27,065 nucleotides of DNA from Cyanobacteria bacterium J06626_4 (GTDB lineage Bacteria > Cyanobacteriota > Cyanobacteriia > Phormidesmidales > Phormidesmidaceae), in contig JBCBJQ010000080.1 of the NCBI GenBank assembly GCA_038523235.1, forward strand, positions 1 through 27,065. The letters run 5' to 3'. The translations under genes were made by a program, and so were the position numbers. The notes beneath the pieces were generated by a model. It was not told the origin of the DNA and ran no database searches. It saw nothing but the letters and a program-made list of their open reading frames with translations. Numbering within the stretch: position 1 is the first letter of the stretch; each line of letters opens with the position of its first letter. Positions 8,410 to 16,802 of this stretch are shown in pieces.

Positions 8410-9489
8410 CTACACCTCTCCCCAGTCGGGATTCAATCTTCGCATTAGGGGGCTGTAGGCCTTGAAATAGGCCACCGAACCGATTTGTCGCAGCCAAGAT
8501 TTGGCCGGAGTATCGGCCCCCATGCAGCGCTGACAGACCGGGTTGTTGACCCGAAAATGATTGAAATCTTGCCGTAAAGCCTGAGCGGTCGCGCCGGTAA
8601 GAATGGCTTTTAACGGCGTTTTCGTGACATTGCCGAGGGGGATTTGTCCATCAAAATCTTTGCAGCAGGGCACCACTGTGCCGTCGTAAAGAATGCCTGC
8701 CTGCTGAGCCGCCCCATTGCAATAGCCAAACTGCGCCGGTATCACTGTCGGGGATTCGACATTGCCCCAGCTATCGAGGGGAAACGTTTCCAAGACCAGC
8801 TTGGGATGCAGAGGAATCAGCTGCCAACTGCCCGGGCGAAAGCGCGCAATTGCCTGTTCGATGCGAGGCCAATTCACGGCTTCATCGGTAATGCCGTGCA
8901 GCAAGCGACGGGCCCACTTGGTCAGCTCAGCGGTCATCTGAGCCTTGTCGTCGACCACCGCCATTGGTCGGTGGGGCACTAAAAAAGGATGGGGCGTCGT
9001 GTCGAGAAATTTGACATGTATCCGCGTCGGTGAGGCTGTTGATTTGAGGTTGGCTTGCACATACTGAGTGATGCCCTCAAAGTAGTCGTTCGGTGACAAG
9101 GCCGGAGGAGCACCGCGGAGCTGAAAGGTTTCAGGGTCAGGCGTTTGCAGCGAAATGGTGACCTTGGGAACGCGCGATCGCACCAGCTGCTCAATCTGTT
9201 GGGGAAACAGCTGAAACGTACTGCCATTGGTGGTGAGATGTAGGCAAATCGAGCGCTCGATGGCACCTTGAATGGCGGCAAAGATATGGGGATAAATCAG
9301 CGGTTCCCCCATCAGGTGAAAAGCGACGATGCGGGCCAAGTCGTCAGCTGCGATCGCATCTAAGATGCTTTCTAGCAGGGCAAAGTCCATGTGGCCGCGT
9401 CGCCGCTGCATGATGGCATCGGGGCAAAACTCACATTTAAAGTTGCAGACATTCGTCACTTCAATATGAATGCGGTCTAATTGGGGCAT
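8410..9489 (-). CDS. Radical SAM protein with C-terminal SPASM/twitch-type domain
   Basis: CNFKCEFC motif, GEPL, TTNG, and C-terminal YC...GILYDGTVVPCC.D....LGNV...CQRC. Confidence 0.92.
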   Translation of the reverse strand: MPQLDRIHIEVTNVCNFKCEFCPDAIMQRRRGHMDFALLESILDAIAADDLARIVAFHLMGEPLIYPHIFAAIQGAIERSICLHLTTNGSTFQLFPQQIEQLVRSRVPKVTISLQTPDPETFQLRGAPPALSPNDYFEGITQYVQANLKSTASPTRIHVKFLDTTPHPFLVPHRPMAVVDDKAQMTAELTKWARRLLHGITDEAVNWPRIEQAIARFRPGSWQLIPLHPKLVLETFPLDSWGNVESPTVIPAQFGYCNGAAQQAGILYDGTVVPCCKDFDGQIPLGNVTKTPLKAILTGATAQALRQDFNHFRVNNPVCQRCMGADTPAKSWLRQIGSVAYFKAYSPLMRRLNPDWGEV

Positions 9490-9854
9490 AGGGTGAGGCT
9501 TCGCAACGACGGGGGAAAAGTATGCTCAACCCTAGCAGGCACTGGCTAAAACTTTCTGAGTACGGCCTAAACTTTGATCAGGGCGCTGGCCAGCGATGAA
9601 TTTGCCTCGCCCCATTGGCTGATACCGGATAAGGTCGAACCTTAAAGGATGCTCATGCCATCGTGCTTTTAGCGGTAGCGAATCGGGCTTTGAGGCGATG
9701 TCCCTCAGTTTGAGTCTTGCGACACTTTTGACCTAGATGACAATTGTGGCAATCGCCCTGGGTACACAAACTCTGATGACATCAGGGTGGCAATGGCCGG
9801 ATTACACGCCCCAGAGGCTGTAGACTCTGTTAGCGCGAAGGAAAAAATCTAGGG

Positions 9855-11420
9855 ATGAGTGCTCCACCAGCTCACACGGTGACAGATACGCCTACCAACC
9901 CCCTCTTATCACTTGAACGACAGTTGCGGTGGTTGTTGCCCGCTGATCTCTACGCCGCCGCCTGGATCGATCCGGCCCCTGCCAAATTGATGAAGGTGTT
10001 CGAGCATCTGCGCACCCTGCAGCATGTCTTGATCGACTATGTGCCCCGTGATGTGTATGACCATCCCCCCACGCCCGGCCACCCCCGCTACAGCTGGCAA
10101 GAGGGCACGCTACTCTTCACCGACTTAGCGGGATTTACCCCCCTCCTCGAAGCCTGTGCCTCTGAAGGGCTAGACGGCGCGGAACTGTTGCTGCAGGTAC
10201 TCAACAGTTACTTTTCTGAAATGATTGAAATCGTCAGTAAGTCCAGCGGCAACCTGCTGGAATTTACGGGCGATGCGTTGCTCGTACAGTTCACTACGGG
10301 CGATCCGCAGCGCGACATTACCCAAGCAATTAATACCGGGCTGCGCATGCAGCGAGCCATGCAGTCGTTTCAAAAAATTGCTACCTATCGCGGCGAACTC
10401 TCGCTCGGCATGCGGGTGGGCATCCATTCTGGACAGTTTGTGACCGCCGACATTGGTACACCCCAACGGATGGCTCACGTGCTACTGGGTCGTGCCGTCA
10501 CGGTGGCTAAGCAGGCAGAGGGCTGCGGCAGTATCCGGCATGTTTCACTAACCCCAGACGTGAAGGAACAATTGGGCGATCGCATTTCCCTCACACCCAC
10601 CGACAACGACCACTGGCTCGTCATCGACAACCTCAGTGACGAAGAGCTGGGAGAATACGAAATCACCGTGGCACGGCGACGCAGCACCTACATGTTTTTC
10701 GACCGCAGCATTCCTGGCCTGCTCAAAGAAATCGATCTGGCGATTCAGCGGGTTGAGCCCTTGACCAGCTATATGCCCCGTTCGGTGCTGCAGTTGATTG
10801 TGGAAACGGCCTCAGAGCGGCGAATTCCGCCCGCTTTTCCCACCATTGCGGTAGCGTTCGTTAACCTGATTGGTCTCCCGGAAGCGGTGGACGATGCCCT
10901 GCCGGAAGAGACCCCCGCATTGGTGCAGTGTTTTTCTGATGCCTTCTCGCTGATCAATGGCGTCGTTGAGCTCAAGGGCGGCATTTTGCAGAAGGTCACT
11001 TACCATTCCATGGGTTCAGAGATTTTGATTCACTTTGGGGTGCTCAACCCTGACCCTAGTGATCCTTATCGGGCGGCAGCGGCTATGTGTCACATTCGCG
11101 ATTTGGTGCAGTCGATCGCCCCCCCCACGGTCAAAGGCCAACCGATTCAGCTGACCTGCCGCATTGGCCTCACCTACGGACCGGTATTTGCGGCCGAAAT
11201 TGGTGAGCGGCGCGGCCGCCGGGAATTTAACATTCTGGGCGATACCGTTAACACCGCCTCTCGCATCATGAGTCGGGCCGGTGAAAACGAAATTTGGGTC
11301 AACAAGTCCCTGCATGACAACATTAGTTCCACCTTTGTCACCGAGGCTTTGGGCGACTTCAGCCTGAAAGGAAAAGCCCGCCCTCAGCCCCTCTTTGCCC
11401 TAGCCGGGCCAAATGCTTAG
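9855..11420 (+). CDS. Soluble class III adenylate/guanylate cyclase with two tandem cyclase domains
   Basis: Domain 1 has LFTDLAGFT, FTGDA and RVGIHSG. Domain 2 has RIGLTYG, ILGDTVNTASR and LKGK. Confidence 0.9.
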   Translation: MSAPPAHTVTDTPTNPLLSLERQLRWLLPADLYAAAWIDPAPAKLMKVFEHLRTLQHVLIDYVPRDVYDHPPTPGHPRYSWQEGTLLFTDLAGFTPLLEACASEGLDGAELLLQVLNSYFSEMIEIVSKSSGNLLEFTGDALLVQFTTGDPQRDITQAINTGLRMQRAMQSFQKIATYRGELSLGMRVGIHSGQFVTADIGTPQRMAHVLLGRAVTVAKQAEGCGSIRHVSLTPDVKEQLGDRISLTPTDNDHWLVIDNLSDEELGEYEITVARRRSTYMFFDRSIPGLLKEIDLAIQRVEPLTSYMPRSVLQLIVETASERRIPPAFPTIAVAFVNLIGLPEAVDDALPEETPALVQCFSDAFSLINGVVELKGGILQKVTYHSMGSEILIHFGVLNPDPSDPYRAAAAMCHIRDLVQSIAPPTVKGQPIQLTCRIGLTYGPVFAAEIGERRGRREFNILGDTVNTASRIMSRAGENEIWVNKSLHDNISSTFVTEALGDFSLKGKARPQPLFALAGPNA

Positions 11421-11475
11421 TTAAGGCGTCGCTACCGAGGGATAATCGGAGAGTTATTTCTATGCTTGAGCACCC

Positions 11476-12111
11476 ATGTCCCTATCTGAGAGTGCAGTTC
11501 CGCTAGATGCGATTCGCTACAACGAGCAAGGACTCGTGCCCGCCATCGTGCAGGATTATTTGGACGGCACGGTGCTGATGATGGCTTGGATGAGTGCCGC
11601 CTCGTTGCAGAAAACGTTAGCCACCGGCGAGACCTGGTTTTGGAGTCGTTCGCGGCAGGAACTGTGGCATAAAGGAGCGAGTTCTGGCCATCTGCAAAAA
11701 GTCCACACGATTCGCTATGACTGTGACAGTGATGCCCTGTTAGTCACCGTTGAGCAACTGGGCGACATTGCCTGTCATACCGGTGAGCGCAGCTGCTTTC
11801 ACCAGATTGCTGGTCAAGTCGAGCCGCCCCCCGCCGACACCCTTTCTCAAGTTTTCGGGGTGATTCGGGAGCGCCAGCAGCATCCGCGCGAAGGTTCCTA
11901 CACCAATAAACTCCTCGCGGGAGGTGACAATAGCATTCTCAAAAAAATTGGTGAAGAAGGCGCTGAAGTGGTGATGGCCTGCAAAGATGATGATGCGGAG
12001 GCGATCGCCGGTGAAGCGGCTGATCTGCTCTACCATACGCTGGTGGCTCTGGCGCACCATAACGTCGACATCAAAGCCGTTTACCGCAAACTGCAAGAGC
12101 GGCGACGATGA
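11476..12111 (+). CDS. hisIE: Bifunctional phosphoribosyl-AMP cyclohydrolase / phosphoribosyl-ATP pyrophosphatase
   Basis: [33 protein letters not shown] and EAADLLYH. Confidence 0.98.
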   Translation: MSLSESAVPLDAIRYNEQGLVPAIVQDYLDGTVLMMAWMSAASLQKTLATGETWFWSRSRQELWHKGASSGHLQKVHTIRYDCDSDALLVTVEQLGDIACHTGERSCFHQIAGQVEPPPADTLSQVFGVIRERQQHPREGSYTNKLLAGGDNSILKKIGEEGAEVVMACKDDDAEAIAGEAADLLYHTLVALAHHNVDIKAVYRKLQERRR

Positions 12112-12355
12112 GACAATATCAACACTTTGATAGAGATTCAGCAAGATGGGGATACACTAAAGCCACTCTCAGATTAAAACTTTGATAGTCAGGCTCCCCT
12201 GCTAACGGTGGATTTTTAGTCATGAGCAGCAAAACCATTCCGGCTAGCAAGGGTTGCGGCGCCACCGCATCACTTAGTTATTAATGCCCCTCACTGCTTG
12301 AGAATGTTGAGAGTAGCGATACGCACAGTTAAATCTGCCGTGGTGACATGAGTCG

Positions 12356-13168
12356 ATGGCCAGGATAATTGCCCTACAACCGTGTCGACATAGTGTTGGC
12401 TGCTCGCATTTGATTGCTAACTTAGCCGTTATTTTGATGCATCATGGCTATCGAGTTGGGCTGTTAGATACCGATCAAAAGGCGGGGGGCATTCGCACGC
12501 TGTTTGGCTTAGATGCCACCGCTAAGGGCGACGCGACAGCCTATTGGTGGTTGAGCCCCCACACCCAAACCACTAAGCTTCTCAGAGCGGACTTGCGTCG
12601 GTATGCGGCCGCCTATAACCGCGACTCTGCTGGCATTTACATCTCGTCTTTAGGCTGTCATTTCGCCCATCACAGTGACCAACTGCAAGCGTTGCAGCAG
12701 CACTACGGCCAAGCTAAACCGTTCGAGGTTTTGCAGCAGTTGAGCCAAGATTTGGCCCTGGATTTACTACTCATCGACAATCAACCGGAAATGAGTGACG
12801 ACAATTTAACCGGGTTGTCTTTTGCGGATATTTCGCTGCTGCTGTTGCAATTAGACACCTACGATTTGCAACGTGCCGCCGTGTTGTTGGAGGTGATCGA
12901 ACAGTTAGCAATTACGAAAACGTGGCTCGTGCCCACCCTGGTGCTCCCCACAATCGAAACCAACGTCGTTAGACATATGTTAGAGAACACCTATCAATAT
13001 CCTGTCGCTGGCATTCTCTATCACAGCGAAGAGATGATCGGTTTAGCCAGTCGCGGCATCTTTTGTTTACACCATCCCAATCATGTTCTGACGCAAACGA
13101 TGATTGCGATCGCCCAGCAGCTTGAGCAAGCTTGTCAAGCACTCTCTTATCCATCAAGGCATCCCTGA
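12356..13168 (+). CDS. MinD/ParA-family protein with a degenerate Walker A motif
   Basis: IIAL...G.S....NLA....G.RVGLLDTD..GGI..LFG, LLLID, and C-terminal SEEM..LAS.GIF...P.H.LT. The P-loop reads PCRHSVGCS. Confidence 0.8.
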   Translation: MARIIALQPCRHSVGCSHLIANLAVILMHHGYRVGLLDTDQKAGGIRTLFGLDATAKGDATAYWWLSPHTQTTKLLRADLRRYAAAYNRDSAGIYISSLGCHFAHHSDQLQALQQHYGQAKPFEVLQQLSQDLALDLLLIDNQPEMSDDNLTGLSFADISLLLLQLDTYDLQRAAVLLEVIEQLAITKTWLVPTLVLPTIETNVVRHMLENTYQYPVAGILYHSEEMIGLASRGIFCLHHPNHVLTQTMIAIAQQLEQACQALSYPSRHP

Positions 13169-13264
13169 CCGCTCATCGCAGGCTTGCAGCAGTCAGCCTC
13201 TCGCTACGAAACGTAGCTCAAGTTGTCGACGACAATCCTTGAGCCCCTTAACAGGCTGCGGTCT

Positions 13265-13939
13265 CTAAAAATCTATGCCCGCCTCAGCCACCGAGTTGAG
13301 CCCCACAATATCCTCATAGGCAGCAGTCATCGTACACACCGTCCAAGGAAGGGTGACCAACAGCCCCAGCCCCACGAATAAGGCACCGACAATATTCACC
13401 AGACCTAGCACCAGCACAAAGCCAAAAAAAGCGAACCACTTTTTCCCCACGAGCTTGCGGCTAGTTTCCATCGCGGGCCAAAAATCAAGATTTTTATCTA
13501 GCAGGAGTGGCACACTCAGCACATAAGAAACCGCTAAATAGATGCCGGGCAGCACCAGAATAAAAAAACCGACAACGGTAAAGACTGTGCTGATGATAAA
13601 TAACAACAGGATGGGTATCGCCTCTTTAAAGCCTTGAAAAAAATCACTGAAGACCGTTGGGCGATTGCGAGCAATTTGCAGCGCCACAATGTAGAAGCCT
13701 GCATTTAACAGCGGCGACAAAATATTGACGACGACGTTGCCCCCCAACTGCCCGGCTTCGGGGTTGCCGCTGCCCAGCGGATAGGGCAAAATCACTGGCA
13801 AGAAGATCGCAATCGCAATAATGAGAAACGTAAAGCCGACAAAAGGCATCGCCTTAGCCTTGAAAATCTCCCATCCACGACCAAAATACTGACCCATCTT
13901 GAAGTCATAGTTATGATTTTCGAGCTCGAATATACTCAT
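13265..13939 (-). CDS. Uncharacterised integral membrane protein (DUF975-like)
   Basis: Several hydrophobic segments, with GWEIFK, FSDFF.GF, LPGIYLAV.Y and FW.AME.SRK.V motifs. Confidence 0.8.
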   Translation of the reverse strand: MSIFELENHNYDFKMGQYFGRGWEIFKAKAMPFVGFTFLIIAIAIFLPVILPYPLGSGNPEAGQLGGNVVVNILSPLLNAGFYIVALQIARNRPTVFSDFFQGFKEAIPILLLFIISTVFTVVGFFILVLPGIYLAVSYVLSVPLLLDKNLDFWPAMETSRKLVGKKWFAFFGFVLVLGLVNIVGALFVGLGLLVTLPWTVCTMTAAYEDIVGLNSVAEAGIDF

Positions 13940-14287
13940 TTCTCTTCTGGCTCATTGGAATAACCTTCCTAAGCTAACCCTATCGGGAGAAGACCAAAAC
14001 GGCGATAGGCTTTAAAGAAGTCTTGAGAAAGAGCGATTCCGCCATCATTTTTGTTGCTTTTCTGTGCAGGCAATCATAAGCCCTCGATGTACCCACGTCT
14101 TGCCTCAAACTCACATTTTTTGAGGTATGGCACAGTACCCGGCGGGAAAGGCCAGCCTCTGCAGAACATCGAGACCGAAATTTAAGGGACTAATTGGGGG
14201 GGAAGCTATTTCAACAATCCTGAATGACTTAATTAAAGTGCCGCGTGCAACTAAACGGTTGGTGGATTGCCGTAAAAATTAAGATGA

Positions 14288-14327
14288 CAAAACAAAAATT
14301 CCCCTCCAATCAAACCTGAAGGGGAAT
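14288..14327 (-). terminator. Rho-independent terminator of petE
   Basis: The minus strand reads ATTCCCCTTC-loop-GGAGGGGAAT followed by TTTTGTTTTG, about 40 nt after the petE stop codon. Confidence 0.8.
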
Positions 14328-14365
14328 GCCGATCTCGAATAAACTTTACCGACAGAGGCGGACGA

Positions 14366-14782
14366 TTACTCGACGGTAATCGTGCCGACCATACCAGCAC
14401 CCCGGTGCGGAGCGCAGTAGTAGGTGTAATCACCGCTGGGCATATCAGCACTAAACGTGGTGGCGTAATTTTCGCCCGGGGCAAAGGTGAGCTGATTGTG
14501 AGAAATTTTGTCGGCTAAACCCTTGTCACCGCCGGGAATTTGATTGGCATCAAAGATGACATTGTGAGGAGCCATTTTGTTGTTGACCCAGGTGACCGTA
14601 TCACCAGCACTGACCGTTAGCTTAGCGGGTTCAAACACCAGCAAGCCCGAATCAGACCCCATTTTCACTTCATAGTCTGCTGCCAGTGCGGGAGACGCAA
14701 ACACAGCAAAAGTAGCTACCACTAACACTAGGGATAAGCAAGCCAGCCCCAACCGACTCAAAGAACGTGCAATCTGTTTCAT
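14366..14782 (-). CDS. petE: Plastocyanin precursor
   Basis: Signal peptide ending [20 protein letters not shown], and [11 protein letters not shown] copper ligands. Confidence 0.98.
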   Translation of the reverse strand: MKQIARSLSRLGLACLSLVLVVATFAVFASPALAADYEVKMGSDSGLLVFEPAKLTVSAGDTVTWVNNKMAPHNVIFDANQIPGGDKGLADKISHNQLTFAPGENYATTFSADMPSGDYTYYCAPHRGAGMVGTITVE

Positions 14783-15130
14783 AGGAACCTCTAAACAAGC
14801 GAACTCATGTTGCTAATGCTAAAAGTCTACCGCGAAGCGCTGCAAACTACATCTCCTGGAAACAGGAGATTTGTGAATGGCCTTACCTGCCTCTAGAAGC
14901 AGGCATCATTGCGATCGCCCAACTACCGACACTAGATTGTTAGCCCTGACAGTGGGCATGGGTGGAGCCTCACCGCGTCTCCACCGTCAGGCTTGCAGAT
15001 GCTCATGGATGATGTGCCTTAGGGCATAACACGTGCAGGCAGCACGCTTCCCCGGTTTGATCACCGACAATAGGCTGGGCTATACGGCTCAGATTTATGC
15101 TGGATGTGTGAGGTTTGAGACGGTGAGGTT

Positions 15131-16693
15131 ATGAATTCCACCCTATTGTGGCGCTATGGCCCGGTCTTAGCACTTTTGGTTGGACTAAGGCTAGCTTTTT
15201 GGCTAGGGGCATTTCCCAATCCCGATGAAGCCTACTACTGGCTGTGGGGACAGCATTGGGACTGGTCGTATTTTGACCATCCCCCTTTACATGCCTGGAT
15301 ACAGGGGATTTTTGCGGCGGGGCTAGGGCGATCGCAGTTCATCCTCCGCTTACCCACCCTGATCACAACGGGGCTTTTAGTCTGGCTATATGGGGTGATT
15401 TGCCGCCAACTCTATGGCAAACAAGCCGCCAACGCGTTAGGGCTCACAGTGTTGCTGATGCTCACTTCGCCGCTGTTTTTCCTATTTACAGCGATGGCCT
15501 GGCACGACCATTGGCTGGTTTTATTCGGCACCGCTGCTAGCTACTGTCTGATTCAGTTTCTCAGCCGCGATCGCCTCGATGCCCATCCCTGGCTCTATGG
15601 GGCCGGCGGACTAATCGGCCTAGCGGGACTCTGTAAATACGTGGCGCTGTTTTTGGGCATCGGCTTTTTAGCGACGATTGCCAGCCAAAAGCGTTGGCGA
15701 TCGCTCTTTTTGCAGGGGCATTTGTATGGGGCAATCGGACTCGCCTTGCTCATGCTGGCTCCTGTATTTTGGTGGAATCTACAGCACGATTTTTATTCGT
15801 TTCGCTTTTATCTCGGGCGCAGTGTGCAAGCCGAGCCGACCATCCACTGGTTGGGGCCAATCGGCTTTTTACTACTCAGTGGCCTGATTTTGGGGCCGCT
15901 GCATGTCTGGCTCACGGCGAAAGCGACCCAGCGGGGATTCACAACCCGTTTTGGGGCGGCCTATCAGCGCGTTGCCTTCGTGATTTTTGGCACCTCAACG
16001 CTGATGTTGGCGCTGCTCTCTTTCCAAGCCCCTGTGCTCTATTACTGGAATATTCTGGCCTATCCGCTGCTGTTGCCCCTGATGGTTGGAGGCTTTTTCA
16101 ATCCTTATCGTCTTTATGAACTGCGCGATCGCCGGTTGCTCAATGGCACGCTCACCCTGGGCACCGTGGCCGCCGCCTTGTTAGTGATTCACTACACGGT
16201 CTTGCCGCTCTCGGCGCTAGCTTCCCCAACGGGCGACGACGACACTCGGATGCTCTATGGCTGGCAGTCCGTAGCCGAATGGGTGAAGCGGGAGGCCGCT
16301 GTCTTTGCAGAACAGCCGTTGTTGCTCACTACCGACTACCGCTCCGCCTCAGCGCTAGCATACGTCTGGGGCGAGCCCTCAGTCATTGCCTTATCGGGAC
16401 GCATCGACCAGTTCGACTTTTGGTATGACCCTGCCGCCCTCGCGGGTCGTGATGCCATTTTGGTGGGCGATCGCTGGCACCCCATCTGCCCCACTCACCT
16501 GGCTATGTTTGAGCGCACCGACGCGCCCACAACCCTAGAGGTGCAGCGATTAGGCATCGATATTAAAACCTACACATTAGTGCGTGGCTACGGGTTTCGC
16601 GCCCAAGGCATCACTGTTGATCCCTTCAGCCCCAACTATCCGCTGGCCTTCACCTCTGATGGCGAAACCTGCGCTGCCACCGCCCCGTCCTAA
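15131..16693 (+). CDS. GT39 / ArnT-like (PMT_2) membrane glycosyltransferase
   Basis: PDEAYYWLW, YFDHPPL, LRLP, CKY and many transmembrane segments. Confidence 0.9.
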   Translation: MNSTLLWRYGPVLALLVGLRLAFWLGAFPNPDEAYYWLWGQHWDWSYFDHPPLHAWIQGIFAAGLGRSQFILRLPTLITTGLLVWLYGVICRQLYGKQAANALGLTVLLMLTSPLFFLFTAMAWHDHWLVLFGTAASYCLIQFLSRDRLDAHPWLYGAGGLIGLAGLCKYVALFLGIGFLATIASQKRWRSLFLQGHLYGAIGLALLMLAPVFWWNLQHDFYSFRFYLGRSVQAEPTIHWLGPIGFLLLSGLILGPLHVWLTAKATQRGFTTRFGAAYQRVAFVIFGTSTLMLALLSFQAPVLYYWNILAYPLLLPLMVGGFFNPYRLYELRDRRLLNGTLTLGTVAAALLVIHYTVLPLSALASPTGDDDTRMLYGWQSVAEWVKREAAVFAEQPLLLTTDYRSASALAYVWGEPSVIALSGRIDQFDFWYDPAALAGRDAILVGDRWHPICPTHLAMFERTDAPTTLEVQRLGIDIKTYTLVRGYGFRAQGITVDPFSPNYPLAFTSDGETCAATAPS

Positions 16694-16802
16694 CTCAGAT
16701 GGATTTCAGAGTTTCTTCATCACCATGCAACTGTCTTGCCGTTCTCCATGGGGGCGGGGAGATTACTCCAGCGGGTGCCGTTGCGGGACGTTGGGATGAG
16801 GC

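Noticed and set aside
9746..9807. Direct repeat GTGGCAAT..TACAC (two copies) and palindrome CTGATG-A-CATCAG upstream of the cyclase
   Set aside because: Short and imperfect, so compatible with chance.
12124..12188. ACTTTGATAG repeated 55 bp apart upstream of the MinD-like gene
   Set aside because: Only two 10-mers and no known motif. Insufficient evidence.
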